Of a stretch of DNA of 64,000 nt, positions 35,509 to 52,714 are shown in pieces (position 1 is the first letter of the stretch; each line of letters starts with the position of its first letter). This stretch comes from the human T2T-CHM13v2.0 reference genome, Homo sapiens. The stretch lies in the NCBI RefSeq assembly GCF_009914755.1, contig NC_060940.1. One strand, 5' to 3'. A model generated the notes under the pieces. That model made no database searches. It worked only from the letters and a program-made list of their open reading frames with translations, and was not told the DNA's origin. The position numbers were made by a program, and so were the translations under genes.

Positions 35509-36088
35509 AAAAAAGGGCATTCTTGAAGTCAAACAAGGGAAAACACTGAGAAATGAAGGGAGGTTCCTGATCATGTCACTTGGATACCAGTGTTTAGCCA
35601 TGCCTGAAGTCTTACCCTTCAATTAGGCAGGCTAATACATTTTCATTTTTTGCCTGAGTCCGTTTAACTTGGGTTTCTGGCACTTACCTCGAAGAAAGTC
35701 CTAAATACTTATGTTTTCCAAGTTTCAGTAAAGTCTCATGTATGGGAGAGTGTGGTCAGCGCCAGCAATACCCATGTCCATAATAAAATATCAGTCCTCT
35801 CCCCGTCTGTTATTGCTGGTCACCACTGTATAATAGACTGTGTTCAGGCTGGAGTGACAGCTCCAGTCCACAGTTCATCAGAGGGTCTCAGCCCAGTCTC
35901 GTCAAGGATTCTCATTTCTAGCATTCATCATGGTTGCCCTATATCCATGCTCTGAGGATATGGCATTTACCTCTGCTGTGCCTTGTCCTCCCCCTACCTT
36001 GTACCAGTAGATCAGTAGATCCTTATGAATGCACAAATACCTCTCTCTGCACCAGAGAGAGTCCAGCCTGAGGTTTGTAGGCAGCTAG

Positions 36089-36505
<417 letters not shown>

Positions 36506-36914
36506 ATCTCAGGTCCATTTCTAGGTCTTGCCTTGCCTTACTTGAATTAGGTAATGACCTTATATGTGGGGGAAGAGATGATGTGGACAGGGATATATGG
36601 TCTAACATTCACAGTGCTCCTACTGCTTATCAGATACTGTGCTTGGTTCATTTGTGTCATATTATGTTGTGTTTTCCATAACACGTAAGGCATTCCATGT
36701 GCAAGACACTGTGTTAAGTGCCTTATCAAGCAACATCTAATTTAATCCTTATAAAAACAATAGAAAGGCATTATTATCTCCATATAGAAGCTGAGGCTCT
36801 AGGTTATTTTCTTTGTATCATACAATGAGGAAATGGCAAAAGCAAGATTTCAACTAGGGTCTCAATGACTCTGAACCCAGTTTTCTTACCTCCGACATTA
36901 GCACTTACTGTATT

Positions 36915-37697
<783 letters not shown>

Positions 37698-39101
37698 CAC
37701 TTACTGTATTGTCTCATTGATGAGCATCTACGTGTCTCTGCTATTGTGAGCAGCGCACTTGCTGGATTGTCCTGTTGATAGGCATCTAGGTTGAGTCTGT
37801 GTCTCTGCTATGGTGAGTAGTGTACTTACAGTATTGTCTTGTTGGTCTGTGCATCCCTCTCACCTGTGAGCTTCCTGATCTCGTGCACTCTGTGTTATGT
37901 CTGGATCCCGATCTTCACTTTAGAACCTTGCATAGAGCAGGTTCTCAAAAACTGTTTACAGAATTAAAGAATCTTTATAGCAATGTCAGAAGGTGAGTAT
38001 TTTCTTTCCGTTTTACACATGAGCAAATTTAGGCTTAAGAAAGTTAAGCAAATTACCCAAGGCCAGGAAGTAGAATTCATGAAATATAATCCAGAAATTT
38101 CCAAGAGAATTGAGAAAGATATTCTCTAAGCTAAAGAGGAGGGTTTTTGTTATTTTTCGGCATTCTAATATAGGTAGTTTATGTGGAAACATGGAAGTAA
38201 TTTACCACCTTTCTTAATGAAGGCCCTACTAGGCTGGGCTATCATGAAGAAAACAGCACAGACATTTTTATGAAAGAAAACTACATCTATGTTACTGCAT
38301 CTGTATTTGAGCTCCTTATAACATGTAAGCAGGCAGAACATTGTTTAATGTTGCTGGACAAAGCTCAAGTGAAAATGATCCAGTGGGGAAATCTTTTATG
38401 GAAATTAAACTGATTGTTTTGGAATGTAAGTTGCAATTTTTCACTTCTTAGTTTCTGCTCTCTTGAGTCCTTGTCTATGTCATGAACACATTTGATACGG
38501 AATCCTGGGGACTTTGCCCATTGTAAGGAGCACTGTAGTGGAAGGCAGTCGAGCTCAATGTATAGAGAGAGGCAGCAAGGTGGGTAAGTAGAGGCAGCAC
38601 CTGGGACCCAGCTAGATGGACTGGTATCTCTAAAGAGTGCCTCAAGGAAACACATTTCCTGGAGCACTTCAGAACATGAGAGCTGAGGCCAGGATCTGGT
38701 GCAGCTCACTCTATCTGAAAGCACTGAGATTCTGTTAAGCTAATGATGAGTTTTCTCTTCATCTTTCCTCCCAACACCAAGACCAAGCAAAAATGCAAGG
38801 GAACAAAGAACAAGAAGCAGTGTCCAAAGTCTTCAGAGTCTCTAGGATAGTTGTTGACCTAAGTCACACTGCTGTCATCCTCTGGGCTGCTTGTACTTTT
38901 GGAGTAGTCACTGGCAGATTAATAAGTTTCCTGAAAGTTAACAGAAAATACCAGCTTAAAGTAGTACTAAAGTTTTCAAAAAATTTTTTTGGGGGGAGGA
39001 TGAGAGGGTGAAATATGATAGTCACCCTGATGTACTCATGGAAGCATCTAGGTTGTGTTATTAGTTAAAATTCCCAGCCATGAAGACAAGAATACATGGA
39101 A

Positions 39102-39631
39102 TTCACCCATGTGTTCACCCAACCTCCCATCCATCCACCTATCCATCCATTTGTCATCCATCCATTCATCCATTCTTCCATCCATCTATCCATTAATACA
39201 TCTGTCCATCTACCTACTCATCTGTCCATCCGTCCATCCATCCACCTACTCATCTATCTATTGTCCATCCATTCATCCATCCACTTACCCATCTATCCAC
39301 CATCCATACACCCACCTATCCATCCACCCATCCATCTACTCACCAATCTATCTACCATCCATCTATCAATTATCCATCCACCCACCCATCCATCTACTTA
39401 GCAATCTATCCACCATCCATACACTTCACCCATCCATCAATTCACCCATCAATCCATTTACCCATTCACCCACCCACCATCCATCCATCTATCCATCTAT
39501 CCACCATCCATTCATCAATTTACCCTATATCCACCATTCATATACCTACTCTTTGATCCATCCACCTACCAATCTATCCATTCATCCATCCACACACCCA
39601 CCTATTCATCTATCCATCCATCTACCCATCT
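39102..39631. repeat. Degenerate (CCAT/CCAC/CTAT)n array
   Basis: Seen directly; followed by L2-like aatgtgccaggcattg. Confidence 0.95.
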
Positions 39632-41435
39632 GCTTAACATTAACCAAGCATACATAATGTGCCAGGCATTGTCTAGGGCTACCAACACTTGGTTCTTAGG
39701 AAATTCCAAGACTGCATTTTTTTGCTATAAAATAATTTTGGAAGTCAAATTTGCCTGAGGAGTTTTGTTAAAGTGAAGCAAAATGTAATATGAGTTTATA
39801 TAGATTTTGGCTCTTACATAACTATACTTGGCATTGAAAACTACGCAACTTATTCAGGAATAGGTGGTGTATGGTACAAGTTGCTGTATCATGCAAAAAG
39901 ATGGGCTGCAAGAAACAGTTTTTGTTTAGGCTTTGTTTTTCATTAAAATCTGTGAAATTGTTGAGCTCAAGTTGTTGTTTTGCTTGGTCAGGTGTTGCTA
40001 GTCAGCTAAAAATAAGTCTGTATCAGTGATCGTCTTAGATTCTAAGAAAACTCAGATGTGAGGGAAATTAATGTGCTTGCACTTTTTGTTACATGACACC
40101 ATGTTGAACATGCGTAGAGTTTTGTGAACAGAGGTGGTAGAGCGTGTTGGTAAGAGTTGCATAGTTGGTAAAAGAGTTTTAAAATGTGTTTCTGATTAAT
40201 TTACATAAATAATTTGGGGCCAAAAACCTTCTTTCCCTCCACTCAACACCATATTTTTGAAATCCCTTCATGTTGCTCTATATAAATCTAGTTAATTTCT
40301 GATTGTGTCCTAAAGTCAACGTATGCATAAAACACAATTTGCTTATCCATTCCTTGAGTGGTTATTGTATAGGAACATCAAAGTCTGTGTCGTCACAAGC
40401 AAAACTATGGTGGACATCCTAATGCATGTGTTGTTATGGCCTTGTGCAAATTTCTCTAGTGCACGTATATATCCAGATATGGGATTGTTGGGTAGATGAA
40501 TAGTTAATTGCACTGAGTACTGAGAAATTGTTACTTAGAATGGCTGCTTGGTTTACACTTTTTACTAGCACTTGATGTTCTCTGGCGTTGTAATTTTTAC
40601 CAATCTGATGGCTGTAAAGTGGCATATCATTGTTGTTTTGATTTGCTTTTCTCTGATTATTACTGATGTTGAGTATCTCTTCATATACTTATTAGCCATT
40701 AGTGTTTCCTCTTCTATTAATTTTATTTTCATAGGCTTTGCCCATTTTTTTCTATTGGGTTTCCTGAAATTTTCTTGCTATTTTCAGGAGTTTCTCTCAA
40801 TATTAATGCCAGTTTCATTTTACACACTGAAAATAACTTCTCACAGTCTACCAACGTGTTAAACGTGTAGATGATGTCCTTTTCTGAGTAGAAACCTCAA
40901 TTGTAATCTTGTCAAACACTTCATCTTTTCCCGTTATGGCTTGTTCTTTTAAGTCTTGCTCAAGAACCTGCTCAATTCTAAAGTCACAAAGATATTTCCC
41001 ACATTTTGTTTGATTACTTTTATGATTTACCTTTCACATTCAGATGTAAAGGAAAAAATCCAATTTAATCCTTGTCATACAGTAAACCATCCTCCCCCAA
41101 ACCTACCAAGTTATTTATTCTTTCCCAACTGGGTTAAGACACCATGTCTCCTATGTATGTGGGGATGTTTCTGGAATCTCTATACTGCTTCAATGATCTA
41201 TTTAGCTGTTCCTAAGACTGTAGCACAGTTTTTTATTATTATACTTTAAGTTCTGGGGTATATGCGCAGAATGTGCAGGTTTGTTACATAGGTATACACG
41301 TGTCATGGTGGTTTGCTGCACCCATCAGCCTGTCGTCTAAATTAGGTATTTCTCCTAATGCTATCCCTCCCCTAGCCCCACTGACAGGCCCTGGTGTGTG
41401 ATGTTCCCCTCCCTGTGTCCATGTGTTCTCATTGT

Positions 41436-45253
<3,818 letters not shown>

Positions 45254-45316
45254 TATGATGCTAGCTGGTTATTTTGCCCATTAGGTGATGGAGTTTCTTC
45301 ATAGTGGCAATGGTCT

Positions 45317-46080
45317 TTACAATTTGGTATGTTTTTGCAGTGGCTGGTACCGGTTGTTCCTTTCCATGTTTACTGCTTCTTTCGGGAGGTGTTGTAAGGC
45401 AGGCCTGGTGGTGACAAAATCTCTCAGCATTTGCTTGTCTGTAAAGGATTTTATTTCTCCTTTGCTTACGAAACTTAGTTTAACTGGATATGAAATTCTG
45501 GGTTGAAAATTCTTTTCTTTAAGAATGTTGCATATTGGCCCCCACTCTCTTCTGGCTTGTAGGGTTTCTGCCAAGAGATCTGCTGTTTGTCTGATGGGCT
45601 TCCCTTTGTGGGTAACTCGACCTTTCTGTCTGGCTGCCCTTAACATTTTTTCCTTCTTTTCAACCTTGGCGAATCTGACAATTATGTGTCTTGGGGTTGC
45701 TCTTCTCGAGGAGTATCTTTGTGGTGTTCTTTGTATTTCCTGAATTGAATGTTGGCCTGTCCTGCTAGGTTGGGGAAGTTCTCCTGGATAATATCCTGAA
45801 GAATGTTTTCCAAGTTGGTTCCATTCTCCCCATCACTTTTAGGTACACCAATCAAATGTAGATTTGGTCTTTTCACATAGTCTCATATTTCTCGGAGGCT
45901 TTCTTCATTTCTTTTCATTCCTTTTTCTCTAATCTTGCCTTCTCGCTTTATCTCATTAAGTTGATCTTCAATATCTGATATCCTTTCTTCCACTTGATCA
46001 ACTCAGCTATTGATCCTTTGAGGAGAAGAGATGTTCTGGTTTTTGGAATTTTCGGTCTTTTTATGCTGGTTTCTCCCCAT
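45317..46080 (-). pseudogene. ORF1: Decayed L1 ORF1 with internal deletion
   Basis: ATG at 46080, stop at 45317: 764 bp versus ~1010 bp in the first element. Confidence 0.85.
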
Positions 46081-47056
46081 TCATGGATTTATTTACCTTT
46101 GGTCTTTGATGTTGGTGACTTTCAGATGGGGTCTCTGAGTAGACATCCTTTTTGTTGATGTTGATACTATTCCTTTCTGTTTGTTAGTTTTCCTTCTAAC
46201 AGTCAGGACCCTCTGCTGCAGGTATACTGGAGTTTGCTGGAGGTCCACTCCAAACCCTGTTTGCCTGGGTATCAGCAGCAGAGGCTGCAGAACAGCAAAG
46301 ATTGTTGCCTATTCCTTCCTCTGGAAACTTCCTACTAGAGGGGCACCCACCAGGTGGCAGCCAGAGCTCTCCTGCATGAGGTGTCTTTTGGCTCCTACTG
46401 GGAGGTGTCTCCCAGTCAGGATATGTGGGTGTCAGGGAACAACTTGAGGGGGCAGTCTGACCCTTATCAGAGCCCAGATGCTGTGCTGGGAGATCCACTG
46501 CTCTCTTCAGAGCCATCAGGCCAGGACGTTTAAGTCTGCTGAAGCTGTACCCATAGCTGCCCCTTCTCCCAGGTGCTCTGTCCCAGGGAGATGGGGGTTT
46601 TATCTGTAAGTCCTTGACTGGGGCTGCTGCCTTTTTTTTCAGAGATGCCCTTCCCAGAGAGGAGGAATCTAGAGAGAGAGTCTGGCCACAGTGGCCTTGC
46701 TTAGCTGCGGTGGGTTCTGCCCAGTTCAAGCTTCCCAGCAGCTTTGTTTACACTGTGAGGGTAAAACCGCCTACTCAATCCTCAGCAATGGTGGACGCCC
46801 CTTCCCCCACCAAGCTCGAGCATTGCACCTTGAGCTCAGACTGCTGTGCTGGCAGTGAGAATTTCAAGCCAGTGGACCTTAGCTTCCTGGGCTCCGTGTA
46901 CCAGTTTTTGAAATTATTATGGCTTAGTAATAGGTCATGGTATTTAGTATAATGAATCCTTCTCCAATTTTTCAAAACTACCTTAGATATTCATGCTTTT
47001 TATATTTTTACATACATTTTAATATTTGTCAAAGTCCTCAAATTGTGCTGGAATCT

Positions 47057-47415
47057 TCATTTTTTATTTTTTATTATACTTTAAGTTCTAGGGTACATGT
47101 GCACAACCTCCTGGTGTGCCGTTTGCTAAGGCCGTTAGAAAAGCGCAGTATTAGGGTGGGAGTGTCCCAAATTTCCAGGTACCATCTGTCACAACTTCCC
47201 TTTGCTAGGAAAGGGAGTTCCCCGACCCCTTGTGCTTCCCGGGTGAGGCGATGCCCCACCCTGCTCCATGGGCTGCACCCACTGTCTGACAAGCCCCAGT
47301 GAGATGAACCCGGTACCCCAGTTGGAAATGCAGAAATCACCTGTCTTCTGCATCACTCACGCGGGGAGCTGCAGACTGGAGCTGTTCGTATACGGCCATC
47401 TTGGAACCTCCCCCA
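47057..47415 (-). mobile_element. Mini-L1 (L1PA5/6-like): 5'UTR first ~307 bp fused to the last ~35 bp plus A-tail
   Basis: GGGGGAGGTTCCAAGATGGCC start at 47414; junction 47107/47108; ctggaatct at 47048-47056 and 47416-47424. Confidence 0.88.
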
Positions 47416-47611
47416 CTGGAATCTCGATTGGAACTGCATTAAATCCATGGATTAATGTTGGGAGAAATTAATATTCTTACAATGTTAAGTTATCCTATTC
47501 ATGAGTACGGTGTTTGTCTTAACTTATTGAGGTTTTTTAAAATGTTCTTTATAAGAGCTTTACTTTTCTCCATGAAGTTCTAGTGCATTCATTTTTAGGT
47601 TAATTTCTTGA

Positions 47612-48075
47612 TATGTTATATATATAACAGAGTGTTTAAAAAATGATCTAACTATATATATGTAAACATGATAGCAACTACATATAGTTATATAACTATA
47701 ACTATATATAGTTACATGACTATAACTATATATAGTTATATAACTATAACTAGTTACATAACTATAACTATATAACTGTATATAGTTATATAACTAACTA
47801 TATGTCTGACTATATGAATATGTAAAAATAGGTGTATATATATATAATCCTAACAATATAGTTATATCTATATATCTATAACTACATATCTATATATCTG
47901 TAACTACATATCTATCTATAGATATATAACTACATCTAACTATATATAGTTATGTAATTATATATCTAAGTATAAAATCATATATAGTTATATAACTACA
48001 TGTAACTATATAGTTTTATATATATATAGATATAGCAACTATATCTATATATAACTACATATATAGATATAGTTG
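47612..48075. repeat. AT-rich array of palindromic ataactatatatagttat-like units
   Basis: Seen directly. Confidence 0.9.
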
Positions 48076-48827
48076 TTATCATGTTTTAAGCACTCTGTTC
48101 CATGCCTGGTATGTAGTGAGTACTTAATAAATGGTACTTACTCTTATTTTTGTAACTATTATAAGTGGGGGAAAAGCAAAGAGGGATACTCTCCAAATGT
48201 CTTTAGGAGTCGTCATGATATGCTGGAAATAACATGGTTGTGGAATCATTCTCATGTGGGTTCTGGTCTGTCTCCACCATTAACTGTGTCACTTTGAACA
48301 CATTTCTCAAACTTATACAATGGGAATGATGCTTATCCTACTGGTGTTCTAGGTATGGTGAGAAGATAAAATGAGATCACAAACTAGTAATGAATACTAT
48401 GATTGGCACACAAAAGCACTCAGAATGCAGGTCCTTTTCTTCTCTAGTGAAGATCTGATAAGTTTGTCAAACAGCAACACCATTCCCCCACAAAATACTC
48501 TTTTCTTCATTTGAAGTCCATTTCCAAAATTTGTCCTTTCAGATGGATACAGAGAGCAGGTACACAGATTAAGAAAAATTGAAAAATTTATCCTTCCAAG
48601 CATCCCCTTTTCAAAGACACCTTTGGTTTTTCATCTTTAGAATGTAAACTCCTTGAGGACAGGAAGTGCCAGGAACTCCACACATCCATTCCTGTCCTGT
48701 GGTTTACCCATGCCAGTCATGGTAAGCCCATCACCCTTGTCAGTGATTGGCTCAGGGATGGGTTAAGCCCATGCCAGTCTGGGCCAGTGAGATTCTAGGA
48801 GGAACTTGATGACCGCTTCTGGAGAAG

Positions 48828-48867
48828 GACATCCAGTTTTCCTCTTTGACATCCAGTTTTCCTCTTT
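48828..48867. repeat. Perfect 20-bp tandem duplication
   Basis: gacatccagttttcctcttt twice. Confidence 0.95.
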
Positions 48868-49104
48868 GACTGTATGTGAGTTAAAGAGGCCCATGCCCCA
48901 GTTTCTGCTGGCAGTCACCTTATATCAGTGAGGGAAGCCAGCCTTAAGATGAAGCCCACATTGTGGAAATAGAGACAGGGTGCCATGAGCAGAGAAATTC
49001 TGGGTTTCTGATGTCAGCATTGAGCTGCTGAATCAATCAATGAAGACACCTTCCCCTTTCAATGCTCTATTATCATAAATAATGCTCTTTTTGATTTAGT
49101 CAGT

Positions 49105-49418
49105 TGTTTTTTTTTGTTGTTGTTGTTTTTTGAGACAGAGTCTTGCTCTGTCACCCAGGCTTGAGTGCAGTGGTGTCATCATAGCTGACTGCAACTTTCA
49201 ACTCTTGGGCTCAAGCGATCCTCCTGCCTCAGCCTCCTGAGTGACTGGGACTACAGGCATGAGTCACCATGCCTGGGCAATTTTTAATTTTTATTTTGTA
49301 GAGACAGGAGTCTCATTCTGTTGCCCAGGCTGGTCTGGCATTACTGATCTTAAGCAATCCTCCTGCCTCAGCCTCCTGAAGCATTGGGATTCCTAGCATG
49401 AACCACTGTGCCTAGCCA
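49105..49418 (-). mobile_element. AluJ
   Basis: Dimer; TSD tttagt(c/t)agtt. Confidence 0.9.
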
Positions 49419-51127
49419 GTTTAGTTAGTTCGAGTAAGAATGTCTTTTATTTGCACTCTAAAACATCATAGTGGATTCAGACCTAAAGTCTTTGTCCTGA
49501 GCCTGCAAATAATTGAGGCTTAAGAAATGTATGATAGTGAACACGAACGTGGGAATTATACTGGCTTTGTAGAGTGTAGTGCATTGCATAATACTGTGTT
49601 CTGTAGATTCTTTGAGCTTCCTAATGGCCTTTTAATACAGAATGCAATTCCTTTTCCTCTTTAGTGAAGATACGGATTTACTCTCATCTGTCTCTTTCAG
49701 GTGAGGTAACTGAGGATCAAAGAGGGTTTGTGATATGCTGAAATTTGAATAGATAGCTAAGCAGTCCAGTTGTGATAAGAACCTAAGTCTTTTCACTCCT
49801 TCTTTGGTACATTTTCTCATATGCTCAATCCCCACTAGGCTGTGAGAGCCTTAAGGGTGAAAGCTACAATCTTACATATTTTTGTCACCAGAATGCCTAG
49901 CAGACAGCCTGTTTCTTTTGGGTCACAAGTAATAGAAGAATAAACACATAAATGACTTGTTATATCTTGAAAGCAGCTTTCATGTAAAGGCAGAGGGAAT
50001 GATACCTCCTTCCAAAGTGTTTTAACAATGTCCAGTGGTGACAATGTCCCATTTCAAAGGCAATAGTCCTGGGTGTGTTTTGTCCTTGGTATATCTGTAG
50101 ATCCAGCCTTTTAGCACAGGTATAACAGGCAATGATGCCATTGCAAAGGCTGTACTGACTAGTGAATTCTTTCAGACACAGAGGAGGAAGGAGTCAAACA
50201 GCAAAGTCAGAAGAGGTAGTTTAGAGCTGTCATCCCGGGTGCTCCTGGGAGGAATTTGCACTTAACACGTAAATCAGGTTCAGGGTCTGTCTAATTAATA
50301 CAACGACTTTAGTGCCATTTGCTTCCCCGTCAGAATTCATACTGAATTCTGACACATGGTCATTGGGTTTATCAATAATGTGCCCCATAAATCCAGTTAG
50401 CATTTTCTTCTGGGTGCCGCACCTTGGGAAGCTGCTTAAATACCTTGAAGGTCCTTATCTAGCTCTGGCCTTGAATCTCAAGAAGGGTCAGAGGCCCTTC
50501 AAGCTCTTCACTGAGTATGACATTACTGCTGTGATTTGAGTCCTTTGTGCCTGGCTGGAAGATGTTCTGGTGAAAGATCTTAAAGCTTAGATGAGGAGGT
50601 TACCTCCCACCAGGCTTTGGCATTCTTAGAAGGAGTCCTGGTGCTGGGGGGAGTGTCTAGATTTGTCACTGGTTGTTTCTGTTTGCTCAGCATCACTTCC
50701 TTTGGTGAACTGCCCCTCACCTGTGCAACATGACTCTATAGGCCTGCCATCTATGAAACTCTACCCCAGGCTGCAGAGCTGGGTCTGTAACTCAATCTGG
50801 TCAATCCAAGCGCTCTCTCTCCTGGGAATCTGATTCTTGAGCTGAGACACACAAGGGTGGAGGTGATTTATGCAAAGCCACTTACTTCTGAGGCTGTTCA
50901 TGAGTCTCTACTTTCAAACTCCCCTTCATTTCTATGACCTTCCAAATATCCCTTCAATAAATATTTAGTTCTTGTTTGCATGTGTTAGGGTAGGTTTCTG
51001 TTACTTGCTTTTAAATACCTTTAAGTTATACAGATGTAGATAGTACATGATAGTTTATTATTTTTGTTTCCCAAAATGAAAATACGTTTGTTGAATGTTC
51101 TAGTAATGGTGGTGCTATTATCTTCTT

Positions 51128-51897
51128 CTTATTAATATCTTATTAATATATATCATATATTATTATATAATATATATTATATATAATAATATAATATTAA
51201 TATATAATATATAATGTATAATAATATATAATATATAATGTATAATAATATATAATATATAATGTATAATAATATATAATATATAATATATAATAATATA
51301 TAATATATAATAATATATAATATATAATATATAATAATATATAATATATAATATATAATAATATATAATATATAATAATATATAATATATAATATATAAT
51401 ATATATAGTATAATATATAATATATAATAATATATAATATATAATATATAATAATATATATAGTATATATAATATATAATAATATATAATATATAATATA
51501 TAATATATAATATATAACAATATATAATATAATATATAATATATAATAATATATAATATATAATAATATATAATATATAATATAATACCATACCAAATGT
51601 GTATGGTAATACATACACCATACACTAAATGTGTATTTACCATACACCATAATATATAATATATAATATATATAATATATAATATATATTATATAATATA
51701 TATAATTTATATATTATATATTATATAATATATAAATTATATATATTATATAATATATAATATATGTTATATAATATATGTTATATAATATATAATATAT
51801 GTTATATAACATATATATTATATATTATATATATTATATATTATATTAATAAGATATATATTGTGGTTATATATAATATATATTATATATAACCACA
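51128..51897. repeat. ~770-bp AT-rich (TATAA/TA)n array with an internal GC-containing island
   Basis: Seen directly; island 51586-51650; 36-bp perfect palindrome 51862-51897. Confidence 0.95.
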
Positions 51898-52010
51898 TTT
51901 GGTGTATGGTAAATACTCAATACATGTCAGGCCCTGATTGTTACATGTTTTGGCTAAAAAAGAAATGTGGTTTCATTGAGCTGATATAACTTGCTTAAGA
52001 GAAAACAGCT

Positions 52011-52312
52011 GGCCAGGTGTGATGGCTCACGCCTGTAATCCCAGCACTTTGGGAGGCCAAGGTGGGTGGATCACTTGAGGTGAGGATTTTGAGAACAGCC
52101 TGGCCAACATGGTGAAACCCTGCCTCTACTAAAAACACAAAAATTAGCCAGGCGTGGTGGTGTGCACCTATAATCCCAGCTACTCCTGAGGCTACGGCAG
52201 GAGAATTGCTTGAACCCAGGAAGCGGAGGTTGCAGAGAGCTGAGATCACGTCACTGTATTCCAGTCTGGGTGACAGAGCGAGATTGTCTCAAAAAACAAC
52301 AACAAAAAAAGC
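52011..52312 (+). mobile_element. AluS
   Basis: Dimer; TSD aaacagct at 52003-52010 and 52313-52320. Confidence 0.95.
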
Positions 52313-52399
52313 AAACAGCTATGATACAATGGGAGCTGGTATTAAATAAAATAATGCTTGTGAAGTGCCCAGCACTGAGCCTGGCACATATAGCATTCT

Positions 52400-52714
52400 A
52401 TTCTTTATTTATTTTATTGTATTTTATTTTATTTTTTGAGACCGAGTCTTGCTCTGTCACCCAGGCTGGAGTGCAGTGGCGCGATCTCGGCTCACTGCAA
52501 CCTCTGCCTCCCGGAGCCATTCTCCTGCCTCAGCTTCCTGAGTGGCTGGGATTACAGGTGCCCGCCACCACGCCCGGCTAATTTTTTGTATTTTTAGTAG
52601 AGACGGGGTTTCACTATGTTGGCCAGGCTGGTCTCGAACTCCTGACCTCGTGATCTGCCCACCTCAGCCTCCCAAAGTGTTGGGAGTACAGGTGTGAGCC
52701 ACCGTGCCTGGTCT
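52400..52714 (-). mobile_element. AluSg-like
   Basis: cctgacctcgtgatc; (ATTTT)n tail. Confidence 0.93.

Larger units (their letters stand above)
48660..49470 (+). mobile_element. Old MLT1 (K/L-like) split by an AluJ
   Basis: cagtgattggctcagggatggg...ggccagtgagatt. Confidence 0.5.

Noticed and set aside
37971-37998. Apparent 12-nt microexon (tag|caatgtcagaag|gtgagt)
   Set aside because: Falls within a decayed MIR and has a poor polypyrimidine tract; no supporting gene context.
39055-39657. 200-aa His/Pro/Ser/Ile-rich ORF
   Set aside because: Translation of the (CCAT)n array.
46890-47415. Idea that the mini-L1 5'UTR is the missing 5' end of the adjacent L1PA7
   Set aside because: They are separated by colinear host L1M sequence, the mini-L1 has its own 3' end and flanking repeat, and its sequence looks like a younger subfamily.
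51163-51650. Tyr/Ile-rich ORFs in three frames
   Set aside because: Artefact of the TA-rich array lacking stops on the minus strand.
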